A DNA stretch of 64,000 bases from Octopus sinensis. Its lineage: Eukaryota. The stretch is taken from contig NW_021833119.1 in NCBI RefSeq assembly GCF_006345805.1, positions 19,140-83,139 on the forward strand. The letters run 5' to 3'. Below are positions 52,735 to 64,000 of this stretch, piece after piece (positions within the stretch are counted from its first letter, which is position 1; every line of letters begins with the position of its first letter). Under the pieces are notes generated by a model. The model was given only the letters and a program-made list of their open reading frames with translations. It was not told the DNA's origin and did no database searches. The position numbers were made by a program, and so were the translations under genes.

Positions 52735-53091
52735 CTTGTTTCAGGCATATGATTGCGACAGTGCTGGAGCACCACCCTTAGTCGAACAAATCGACACCAG
52801 GACTTACTATTTTTAAGCCTAGTATTTATTCTATCGGTTTCTTTTGCCGCACCACTACATTACGGGGACGTAAACACACCAGCATCGGTGGTCAAGCAAT
52901 GCCGGTGAGATAAACACACACACACACACATATATATATACACGATGGGCTTCCTTTAGTTTCCCTTCTACCAAATCTACTCACAAGGCTTTGGTCGACC
53001 CGAGGCTATAGTAGAAGACACTTGATCAAGTTGCCATGCAGTGAGACTGAACCCGGAACCATGTTGTTGGTAAGCAAGCTACTCCTACACC
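52735..53091 (-). mobile_element. Full-length family A SINE
   Basis: Reverse complement of 17105-17526. Confidence 0.85.
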
Positions 53092-53157
53092 TATACACAC
53101 ACACACACAAATGTTTTCATGTATATATACATAATACTTATACACATTTATACATGA

Positions 53158-53197
<40 letters not shown>

Positions 53198-53731
53198 TCT
53201 CGAGTGCGTGTGCATAAGTGCGTATACATGTACCTGTGTGCCTATGTTTGTTATGTTTGTCTTCAATTGTATGTTTCTCCTATTATTCTACTGTTGCGGG
53301 TAATTAAACTTCTGTTTACCTGTTTACCTAGCAGGATAATGACGACGAGACATCGAAATCGATGGTGATGATGATGATGATGATCGACGGTATCATCATC
53401 ATCATCGCCATGGTCATCCGTTGTCGTCGTCTTTGCCGACGCCGTCATCCTTATCGTGATTACTGTTGCTTTTGCATTCTTCTTGCCGATGGTGATGCTG
53501 ACGTTCCCTTCAGGATGATTTCCAGACAAAGATGAGCTCGATTGCTTATTGACACGGGTTAAGGTGTGTAACTGAATAGTTGGATTCCAATTGGCTGTGT
53601 ATGGCTGTGTATACCTGCGTACATAAGTTACCCTAAGGCATGCATCTACCTATAAATGTTTCATACATATATACACACAACCTATGCAAATACGCGGTGT
53701 GTATTGATGTACATATCTATCTATCTATCTA

Positions 53732-53804
<73 letters not shown>

Positions 53805-55071
53805 CACGTGTATATATACATATGTGTATAGAAATTTATGTATATGCATTTAAGATATTTTTGTATGTGGCTTAGTGGCTAGGGGTATTCGGCTCACAAT
53901 CGTAAGGTCGTGAGTTCAATTCCCCGTGATGCGTTGTATCCTTGGGCAAGACACTTTATTTCACGTTGCCCCAGTCCTCTTCCGTTCATCGCATCAGCTC
54001 GTCTTAACCGACGGAATTCCAGTGCATATATTTATATATCTACTAGCATTCCGTCGGTTATATATATATATATATATATATGCATAACTTGTGTTTCTTT
54101 CTTTCCTCCTGATACAGCTCAATGAATCAGACGTGTTTTAGTTTGTTTCCTGTCCAAGCTACCTCACTTCGTTTAGGCTTAGCAGCCCTTCCTATTTGTT
54201 TTCACTATCCTGTTGGTGTTACCAATTTTGACCCTCCGAAAAATCCCAAATTAGATTTAACTTGCTTTGTGGGAGCAACTATTTTATCGAAGGCGTTTCG
54301 TGTCGTGACATGCTCAAAATACGGATTAGAAAAACAGCCGGCAAGCGATGAAGGCTCGTTCTTGTTGTTGCATGTCTTGTTTTCCATTTATTTCCATCGT
54401 TGTTCACAAAAAAAGTTCATACTCTTTATATTCGTATTTCGCATTCCATATTTTCATGTATGTATATATATATATATATGACGAGCAAGAGAGGTTTAAA
54501 ATCTTTAAATGAGATTTAAGTTGTAACGACATCGAACAGTAAATTTTATTTGCCAACATAAGGAGGCAGTTCTACACTGAATTATGTTACTCCTTTTTAA
54601 CCCCAGGATAACATCTTTTCCAGCAGGTTATCGGCGCACAACCTGCGTCTGCTATATTGTGAGCAAGGGAGCGAACTACTCCTCTCTAACTTTAGCAGGA
54701 CCAGTAGACCATGGTTTCTAGGTCGTTTCCTGTCATCGGTGCCGGATACCTGCCGGTTAGAGATGGTAGTTACTCAATCTTACAATATATAAACAGACAG
54801 TCGTGGATCTCGTAACGACCAAAATAGCTAGTTTTAAAATCTAATATGATACTGTCTAATATGATATTTCTATACGTTTTCCTTCCATTCGTTACAATTC
54901 ACCACTTGATATTTTTTTATCGAACCATTCCACCGTATACATATACACACATATTTCAAACGTATATACTTACATACACAAACAAACATACATAATATAG
55001 TATGTGTGTATATAAACACATACATATATATGTATGTGTGTATATAAACACATACATATATATGTATGTGT

Positions 55072-55103
<32 letters not shown>

Positions 55104-55553
55104 TTTCAATTTACAGAAAACAAAAGACAAAGATAGGTGAGGGAACAGTAAGCAAGTGTATTAGTTTAACGCTCGGGAAAAATGGAAAAGTCTTTGACGC
55201 AAGAGAATATATACATATATAATTTATGGAACGAAAAATTGTCGAAAATGGAGAACTGATAGATGCGTATAGAATGCTCATTCAAAATATATAACTAATT
55301 TCAGGTGTATATTTTTAATACGCTCCCGAATATTTGCTTATACAAATGTTAATCAATATTTATTGACATATAAGCAAACATACATAAACAAGATTATATT
55401 GAGTGATTCTATAACCGCTCGTTAACATGTACTATCATGTATGGTATGTCTATGTGCATGTAAAAATATATATAAATATATTTACGTGCGTGTGTGGGTG
55501 GGTGTTTTCTCTTTTCTTTCTCGCCCTTCTCCATCTGTTTTCTCTCTTCATTC

Positions 55554-55589
55554 CTTTCTGTAGAAGATCTTAAGCTCGAAACGTCAAAG
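55554..55589 (+). ncRNA. Minimal hammerhead-like motif (degenerate core) in a Penelope pLTR-like fragment
   Basis: cttt CTGTAGA a gatc-ttaa-gctc GAAA CG TC aaag; flanks resemble 36634-36830. Confidence 0.6.
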
Positions 55590-55754
55590 CCTTTCGTTTT
55601 TCCTGACCTTTAAAGTAATACATGCGTGAAAAATAATGCACTCCACCTATCTCTGTCTTATGTTTTCGACTTTTTTTAGAATTTTGAATATATTATATAT
55701 ATATATATATACATACATTTCAAATGAAATATAAAACAGTAAACAAGGGATGTC

Positions 55755-55846
55755 GTGGTACACATGTTTCGAGCTTTATAAAACAACATATTCTTACATC
55801 AATGTATAATCGACATAACAGATAGTTTAAAGCCCTCTTCAGCCGC
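55755..55846 (-). ncRNA. Type I hammerhead ribozyme motif
   Basis: gcgg CTGAAGA gggcttta...taaagctc GAAAC atgt GTA ccac. Confidence 0.8.
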
Positions 55847-56332
55847 ATGCAATTGCTACCCAAAGACTTGTATTACATTATGAAAGGTCTGAAAAAGAAT
55901 ATTTGGTATTATTTATAATGTTAGGTAAACTGAGTATCACTGAGAAAGTATGTTTGTAAATCTTCATAATCAAATAGGTGTACAGGGTATTATTGGACTC
56001 CAAAAATCCGTCCATACTGTATCATCAGTCAATATAGAGTGAATGCTGGGTAGATTCCAGTTGGGTTCATTCCTCTTATAAGGGAAGGAAATAAGGAGGA
56101 TTGGATGTTGAGAAAAAAGAAAAATAAGAATAGATGGGAAGAGAAGGAAACGTTAATGATGTTGGATCACAAAAGAAATATATATATAAATATAATTATA
56201 AAAGATAATAAAATATAATAAAAGATAAAGATATAAAAATATAAAGATATAAAGAACGTCAGGTATAAGGTCATAAATTCTAGCAATGTGTTGTGAAAAT
56301 ATAAAATGTACAAAAAATAAAATAAAAAGCAT

Positions 56333-56425
56333 GCGGCTGAAGGAGGGCTTTAAACTATCTGTTATGTCGATTATACATTGATGTAAGAATATGTTGTTTT
56401 ATAAAGCTCGAAACAAGTGTACCGC
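56333..56425 (+). ncRNA. Type I hammerhead motif with 1-nt core insertion
   Basis: gcgg CTGAAGGA gggcttta...taaagctc GAAAC aagt GTA ccgc; perfect 4-bp stem I. Confidence 0.7.
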
Positions 56426-56462
56426 GACATCCTTTGTGTACTGTTTTTTTTTATTTCATTTG

Positions 56463-56509
<47 letters not shown>

Positions 56510-56528
56510 GGTGTACGTGCGTCTGTTT

Positions 56529-56559
<31 letters not shown>

Positions 56560-56819
56560 AGTGTGTGCGTGCGCGTGCGCGAATTTGTACTTTCATTAAC
56601 TTGATGATAATGCTCAAAATGTTGTGATCTTAATGCATATAACGATGATGTTGAAGATAATGGCAATAGTGATGACGAAAATGATGACGGTGGTGATAAC
56701 GAGTATGACGATGATGATGCTAATAGTAATGAGGATGATGATTATGATGATGAAAAAAAATCAATAAACTTTTCATAACGATACAAGGGATTTTTCGTTT
56801 CGCCTTCATCTCGACAGCC

Positions 56820-57990
56820 ACCACTATCGCCATCATCACCACCTACACCGCCATCGCTACTACCAATACTACTATTACTACTATAGTACTACTACCACCA
56901 CTCCATATTACCACCACCACCACCACTCCACCACCACCACACCATTACTACTACAACTACAACTACGACCATCACCACCACTACAACTACTACCTCTACT
57001 ACTACTACTACAAGCAGCTTCAATGTCACCAGTTGCTTATTCCCACCTGTACTCATACCATTCTTATCAAGATTACCACCACTACAACCATACCCTACAC
57101 TTTCCGCAGCACTACTACCACCACAATCACCATTATTGTCACATTTATGACAAACCATAACAGCAGCAACAACAACCACAAGCTTCGCCATCCTCATCAT
57201 CATTTCTACTACTACCTCCAGCACCAGCTCTGCCGTTTCGAATACAACAATCGCCATTACCTTCACTACAACAACTACAAAAATATTATCCACCACCATC
57301 ACAACAATAACAACAACAACCAGCACTACCACCACCACCACTCCTACCATACCCATACTTTCCGCAGCACTACCGCCACCACCAATAAGACTACCTTTAC
57401 CATCACCACCGTCATAGCCATCACCTCACATCATCACCACCACCATCAACACTACCGTCACCACCACCACCACCACCACCTCTCACACTATCATCATCAT
57501 CGCCACCCTCATCACCACCCCACCCCCTCCTCTGCTGCCAGTATGCATAGCAATGTTATCAGTTAAAGAGAAACCTGTGATGTGTGGGTCCCTTAGCTTC
57601 AGGGAATAAGAGAAGGGGCGGAAGCGGGAAAATAAGGGGAGAATGGGAGGATAAGGAAGAGGAGGGGGAAGAAGGGGAGGAGGTAGTCTGTAGTGGAGCG
57701 TGTGTGGAGGGAATGATGTTAGGGGGGTGTAAATTTTGTTGGTGGTATTGGTTGCAGTAGTGGAAATGGCGGAAGTAGATTTAGTGAGGGATGTGGTTGT
57801 AGTAATTCCTTGATATAATGTTGGTGGTGGTGAATATGATGGTGCCAGTCGTTGTGGTTGTGGTAGTGGTGGTGGTGGTGGTGGTGATGGTGAAGGTGGT
57901 AGGGCCGGTCGTGGTGATTATGGTAGTAGTGGGGGTTGTGGTGATGGTGCCGGTCGTAGTGGTTGTGGTGGCGGTGTCGGTGACGGTGAA
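56820..57990. repeat. (ACC)n tract followed by (GGT)n tract
   Basis: 56820-57530 is CAC/ACT-rich and 57700-57990 is GGT-rich. Confidence 0.85.
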
Positions 57991-58202
57991 CTACGCTGAA
58001 CTATTGAGAAATCTACAGTTACTCTATCCAGATTTCAAGGTTTATACCTGTAATTATTTGGGCACTGGGATATGTAACACACTGCTTAAAAATCAATCTT
58101 GAAAAATTAGGCTTCTCAAAACCAGAAAGGAGAAAGCTAACTCGAAAACTGCAGATCCAATCTATAACTGGAACTGTAAAAATCTATAAAACTTTCCAGA
58201 AG

Positions 58203-58789
58203 TTGAGAACAATTCTTAGTGGTTGAGACCCTTGCGGATCTATCTTTAGCGAAAGAGCGCCCACATAGTGGATTTTCTCTCATTTTTATGTATTAATAAT
58301 ATTTACTGAATCTCAGTTTTTTATGCGCTAAACCACTGGTGTTAAATTGATGTTATTAAATTAATATCCAATTTTTTCACCCTCATTTTGATTTTAATTC
58401 TAAATTAATATGTTCTCAAACCAGCGTTAACTACTGCAGTAAATTATTTATGCAGTATTTATTTCCGAGAATTTGGCGCGCTAGAACGAGGGCATTTGAA
58501 TATAACTGCGAATATAATAGGCCGAACTACTCGTATTTTTGACCTCGTGTTAATATCTGGCGTGCAGTTCGACAAATTATATTTTATGACAAATCTCACT
58601 GAGGATCTGTAGATTAATTGTGTAAGTAAAATTGCATAATTTATTAACAGTGAAACAATTGTATGGGGTTAATCTATATTTTTGTTATTTTTCATTTGTC
58701 CTGCTCGCTTACGTTCATAGTGTGCTAAATTTTTCTTGAGAACAATTCTTAGTGGTTGAGACCCGTGTGGATCTATCTTTAGCGTAAGA
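58203..58789 (+). mobile_element. Second copy of the ~532-bp hammerhead element, different start point, terminal direct repeat
   Basis: ttgagaacaattcttagtggttgagaccc recurs at 58203 and 58736 (period 533). Collinear with 30162-30746 after rotation. Confidence 0.85.
58595..58667 (+). ncRNA. Type I hammerhead ribozyme motif, intact core
   Basis: ctca CTGAGGA t ctgt...aattgtgtaa-gtaaaa-ttgcataatt...acag t GAAA CAATTG TA tggg; palindromic ACAATTGT stem III. Confidence 0.85.
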
Positions 58790-59262
58790 TGCGTGTGTGT
58801 GTGTGTGTGTGTTGCGTGTGTACGTGAATGTAATTTATGCACGTCCACAAATTAGCACGCTTGTCGCTCCAATTTTAGGAGGACATTCGTCATGACCCTA
58901 GCTGTATTTTCGTCAACATATTTTTACCAGAGGCACCAGCGAATAGCAGTAAAAATAAATTTTCAACCAAAACTTTTAACAATTTTCAAGTCGGAGAAAT
59001 CACCATTGTTTACAAGCCGGAGTTAAGTCTCTTCTAGCGACGGGTAAGTTTTAGTTAAGACTTTTGTTGTTTTTTTCCATCAAGGAAAAAAGTGTTTTGT
59101 TGATATACGGACAACACACACACACACACACGCACAAACATGTATGCGTACAAAAAACATGTATGCAATAGATGTACGTATTTGACGTCGATGTTACTTT
59201 GGTTTGAAATAAAGAACCTGATTAACTTAATAATCCCGAGCAAAGCCAGGTTATACTGCTAG
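58790..59262 (+). mobile_element. Helitron remnant (3' end intact)
   Basis: cccgagcaaagccagg-ttatactgCTAG|T, the same 3' end type as 43424-43450. Confidence 0.65.
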
Positions 59263-59305
59263 TATATATGTAGAAGGTTGAAAAGGAACACACGAGTTGA
59301 TATAT

Positions 59306-59661
59306 ATGGGAAAAAAAAGTCAAGGTGGAAAACGTTTAAGTAATTTTATAAAAAAAACATTTCAGTACCGGTTTCAGCCGTTGAAAGTTTTTCAACTGTG
59401 AGTATGGAAATCAATTAAATTTTGGAAAAATTAAATGAAAAGTATTTAAAAAGAATATTTGCACAGTATTCAGATACTTGGGGCATTTTCCTTGTATTTG
59501 AATACTATGCAGATATTCTTTAAAAAAGCTTTTCTTTTAATTTTTCCAAAATTTAATTGATTTCCATACTTACAGTTGAAAAAGTCTTAATGACTGGAAC
59601 CGGTACTGAAATGTATTTTATAAAATTATTTTAGCATTTTCTACCTTGACTTTTTTCCATA
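59306..59661. mobile_element. Long hairpin element (~170-bp arms, ~16-nt spacer) with U3-A8 variant hammerhead in each arm
   Basis: 59306-59477 is the reverse complement of 59494-59661. Motif cag TTGAAAA agtc-ttaat-gact G(g/a)AA CCGG TA ctg at 59573-59608 (+) and 59363-59398 (-). Confidence 0.82.
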
Positions 59662-59684
59662 CGCACACACACACACACACACAC

Positions 59685-59725
<41 letters not shown>

Positions 59726-60084
59726 CGTGTCTAGATATGCAACTATATGTATGAGAATATATACATAAAACAGAACAAACAAATCTGCATGCACACATAC
59801 ATACGAAGTTACGGGTGTGTGCGCGTGTATTTGCGTGTGTGTAATATTGTTGGAAAGATTTTGTTATTAAAATTCTCCATTGAAGTCGCACCTCCGAAAC
59901 GTTAGCACACAGTTTCAAATATTACGAAAAATAGGAAATATTTGTTTTCGGTCGTTGTTTCACATTTAAATTTCTTTATATAATTAAAATATTCTGCTTT
60001 TGTGTTCTATAAATCAGATTGTTCACTTTTATGTTTAAATACGTTCCAGTTTTCTAAAATAGCAATATATATTCATAGATTTAG

Positions 60085-60281
60085 CACATTAATCTCGGTG
60101 CGCGGTTCACCTATCGTAGTTTATTATTTAAGCTTACGTCGATTCCTCCGTGGTGTTGCTTTGCATTTATAATAGAATAAATATATACAAATCATAAAAA
60201 TAATTTAAAAAATACTTCGCGGATTTCCACCTATCGCGGGGTGTTTTGGAACGTGACACCCACGATAGTCGAAGGATTACT
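60085..60281. mobile_element. Tigger/pogo-type MITE fragment
   Basis: ttcgcggatttccacctatcgcggg...cgatagtcgaaggattact resembles a Tigger-type right TIR. Confidence 0.5.
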
Positions 60282-60752
60282 TCATATGTATGTCTTAGAT
60301 GTCTGAACAATTTAACATAAATGAAAAAATAAACCAAAGACAATACGGGTGAAAAAAATTATTTTCTATCTTCAGTGTATTCGAAACTGCGTACTGACTG
60401 TTTGATGATATTTCTTAATGAGAAATTCTAATAATGGCAGGTGTTCCAGGATTTTCTGCTTGTATTTGTGTGAAATATAATTTTCTCGCTTATTGTTAAG
60501 TCTAATAATGAAGATTAGATTTCGGAGAAGTACTTACCAATTTAGTAATTTCGTCTGAGACCGTATTTTGATTCTAAAACAATTAATGGTAGTCTTTCGT
60601 AGTCTGAGGAAGATGTTTCTGCAATTTCTTGGTGAACAACCTGTACAGCAGATGACTTGTTTATGGCGATGAAATGTTTCTGCTTCACATTAGCTGCATT
60701 CTTCCATCAAATCGACATTACCAATCCAAAGGCACAGTGTGCTACACGCTGC

Positions 60753-61422
60753 GTGTTTTTTCACTTTGACCGTCAGATTTAAAAATAATTTCTTGGTAAT
60801 TAAACACTTTTAAACTTCGTATACTGGTAGAATGTGTTACATAAAACATCTTTTTCTCTTGACTTTCTTGAGAAAATTCTGTAGTTTGTAAGCTATTTGT
60901 TGTTAAATTTCTTGCATTTCGGCAATTTCAACCAATCAATGACGTCTATTGAGGTGAATACAATTTCTGCTGCTGTTTGTCAACAATAACTTCCTGCGGT
61001 CTCTATTTAGTTTGTCACTGTTATTTATGACATATTTCATATCAGTCACGTTCGTATGAATAAAAGATAGTGGGGTTAGGGTTTGGGTTTAGGTTAGGGA
61101 TGGGGGAAGGGTTTCTTTTTTCTTCAGAAATGTAAATAAACCCACATGGGTTTATAAGTAACAGCTACACCGCCGGAAGTTCTTGTTGAACTTGTTGACA
61201 AACAACAGCAGAAATTGTATTCACCTCAATAAACGTCATTGATTGGTTGAAATTGCCGAAATGCAAGAAATTTAACAAATAGCTTACAAACTACAGAATT
61301 TTCTCAAGAAAGCCAAGAGAAAAATGTTTTATGTAACACATTCTACCAATATACGAAGTTTAAAATTGTTTAGTTACAAAGAAATTATTTTTTTAAATCC
61401 GCCGGTCAAAATGAAAAGATCC
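60753..61422. mobile_element. 670-bp MITE with ~250-bp TIRs and 8-bp TSD
   Basis: TIRs 60753-61000 and 61169-61422. TSD CACGCTGC at 60745-60752 and 61423-61430. Confidence 0.92.
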
Positions 61423-62074
61423 CACGCTGCATGTTGAAGTGATCGCTGCGCAGTGTGAGATAAAATGTTTTTCTCAAAACACAATGCATCACCTGCTCCG
61501 AGAACTGAACCCACTATCTCACGATCATTAATGCAACACCCCTAACCACTAGGCAACACGCTTCTCGCGATAAAACAATTACAGCATGGAAGAGGACACA
61601 TGTTAGTCATTCAAAACACAAAAAGCTTTAATTTTCCTTAAACAAATATTATTATTTGGTGTCAAATGTTTCGCCGCTCCAACTGTGACCTGGTCACTGA
61701 CACGGTTTCACTGCATCTGGTTTAAGGAAAGATTATTATTCAACATATTAAGGTTTGGAGGTTAGAAATATATGTTTATCTTTATAGGTCAGTTGATGAG
61801 GTTGCTTGGTGTTAGTTGTTGCTCATTTGACAGTATTTGGTTGTAATTCACACATCTTTTTCCTCTTTCTTTCAAAAGGGGATTCGCTTGGTATTTTATA
61901 GAACAGCAAGTCAGGCATGACCTCAAAGAAAAGAGTGCATCAGTCTATGACCACAGAAGCAAGACAGGTTGATACAATCTGTATGGAGAAGAATAGAATT
62001 CGTATCAGTGGCAGTAGAAATGATAGTAGTGGCTGTAGTAGCGTAGTGATCATATATTAACATTGGTGTAGGTG

Positions 62075-62340
62075 CAGGCGAGGCAGGGTGGTTAGGACGT
62101 TTCTTTACCAACTATGAGGTCTTGGGTTCGGTCCCATTGCATGACACCTTAGACAAGTATCTTCTACCATAACTCTGGGTTGAGCATTGTTTTTTGAGTA
62201 GATTTGGCAGGCGGAAACTGAAAGAAGCCTATATATATCGTGTGTGTATCTAACTTGGCTATCCGGCAAATAGAGAACGATAGAATAAGTACCAGATTTT
62301 AAAAAATAAGAATTGAAGTCGCTTCATTTGACTAAAAATC
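62075..62340 (+). mobile_element. Diverged family A SINE
   Basis: tRNA-like head, gatttggcaggcggaaactgaaagaagcc, and partial tail. Confidence 0.7.
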
Positions 62341-63226
62341 CATTGCAAATACTGTACAGTTTCTGGTTTCTAAGGATTTTGAAGAGGGTGGAATTTTTAA
62401 CTGAGAAATTCTTCAGGCAAAAAAAGCATGACATGCAACAAGTAGAATTATATATCTTCTAAAATGAACCACTTTTGTTTCCAAGTATAAAAAAACAATT
62501 AATATATACATATGACGCAACACTTTCCTTTGTGAATCGCACTTCAGCATTTGAAATTGTTAAATTCGCTCCGCTTTGTAAGATTTTCTTTCTAAATCAT
62601 TCAACACAAGTTGGAATCATTCTGTTTAATTTTTGTGTTTGCCTCATAATGCTAATGAAACAATTCGAAATTTTCGAAATTAACCACAGCGTTTCAACTT
62701 TCTTCCGGCAACAGCATCTCTATTTAATCATTCTGTTTGCTTTTAGTCTTTATAAATTCTTAAGGCTTACCTAACATTTTAATATACATAAACTTTGACG
62801 ATTTGCCATGCATCGCAGTATTTTAAAGAGATTTCTTCATCAGTATTGTAATCCGAACAGTTCTTTTGAGGTAAGTTGCTGCCATAAACCAATGCCACTG
62901 AAGTTTAATGTGATGTCTTTCCCACTCAGACCAATAAAGAAATTTCTTTTAATTTTCAAACAGGGTTTCCTTTTTCTTCTGGGAGTGGTTCTATTTATTT
63001 CGAAGCTAATTTGGCGTGCAATCTACCGCAATATCTGTTACTCTACACATTGAAATGATTTGATCTGGGTTAGGGTAAGGGTTAGCGTTAGGATTTGTTC
63101 ATACAAACAGTTCCACACACAAAACATTATATTGATGAACATAGGTGCCTTTTGTATACGGCGGACAAATTGGTGACGGAATGGAAACAGGCACGAAACT
63201 ACTGAAGACATAGCCGCAGCAGCAGC

Positions 63227-63261
<35 letters not shown>

Positions 63262-63589
63262 CAGTGATAAACGGGGTAATTGTTTCTGTTTTTGGCTATT
63301 CTTTTTGTAGACAGACACAAATGAAGATAAAACCAAAATAAAAAAAAACACAAGATAAAGCAGAGAAGTTAAAGATTTATTCGAAGAGCGCGAAAACGAT
63401 GTGGCTAATATTGCTGATAATTTCACTCAAGATAAATATTTAATTATCATGTAATAGGATAGCTCGTTGTTGTTGTTGTTGCTTCTGGCGGTGGCAGGGG
63501 AAGGAGAAGTGGCAGGAATGGAAGGAAAAACATTCGTTGTAAAGCGTTGCGGTTTGCGATTGGATGGTGTGAGAGCGATGGAGGACTAC

Positions 63590-63990
63590 AATGAAGATTG
63601 TAGTAATGGTTGTGGTGGTGGTGGTGGCGGCGGCGGCGGCGGCGTTGATGGTTGTAGTGGTGGTGGTGATGGTGGTGGTGGTGGTGGTGCTGGTGGTGGT
63701 GATTGCAGTGGTGGTGGTGGTTGCAGTAGTGGCGGTGCGTTGGTAGTAGTGGTGGTGGTGGTGGTGGTGGTGGTGGTTGCAGTGGTGGCGGTGGTGGTTG
63801 GAAATTCTGACGAGTTCTGGGGCGGTTATAGAGGTAATGGCTGCAGTTCTGGTGGTAATAATTTTGGTTTCGTGGTAATTCTGGTGATGCTGGAGGTGTT
63901 GGTGGTATTGATAGTGATGGTGATGTCGTTGGTGTTTGTATTGACGGTGGTATTGGTGGTTGTGGTGACGATGGTGATGCTGGTCACTGT
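63590..63990. repeat. (GGT)n-rich low-complexity tract
   Basis: Direct inspection. Confidence 0.85.
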
Positions 63991-64000
63991 ACAACTAGTG

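Larger units (their letters stand above)
55721..56462. mobile_element. Foldback element with 130-bp inverted arms, each containing a hammerhead motif
   Basis: 55721-55850 is the reverse complement of 56329-56462; flanked by TA/CATA tracts. Confidence 0.88.

Noticed and set aside
55975-56030. Minus-strand CTGATGA followed by a tacag/ctgta hairpin
   Set aside because: No GAAA or stem III follows.
56892-58102. His-rich and Val-rich ORFs
   Set aside because: Trinucleotide low-complexity sequence.
62340-63050. Possible decayed transposase on the minus strand
   Set aside because: The composition looks coding-derived, but I could not recover a diagnostic motif; needs tBLASTx/HMM search.

Overview
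Eukaryotic, AT-rich, repeat-saturated non-genic DNA. The SINE families and the very high (TA)n/(CA)n/(ATT)n/(GGT)n microsatellite load resemble a coleoid cephalopod (Octopus-like) genome; this is inferred, not verified. I cannot support any host protein-coding exon, and nearly all long ORFs in the track are microsatellite artefacts. The coding remnants are all decayed transposons: a HERO-like RLE non-LTR element, R4/Dong-like fragments, a Neptune-type Penelope element, L1/Tx1, CR1 and RTE LINE fragments, and maT (DD37D), Tc1, mariner and pogo transposases. Helitrons, MITEs and tRNA-derived SINEs are also present. The most interesting signal is non-coding: about ten type I hammerhead ribozyme (HHR) motifs with palindromic stem III, from several unrelated small elements. 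One ~532-nt HHR unit occurs twice in two different circular permutations, each with ~50 bp terminal redundancy (a retrozyme/circular-RNA signature), and has a candidate intron whose donor lies inside the ribozyme. Several other HHR elements occur as divergent inverted pairs embedded in (TA)n tracts. All folds and alignments were done by eye and coordinates of decayed elements are approximate.
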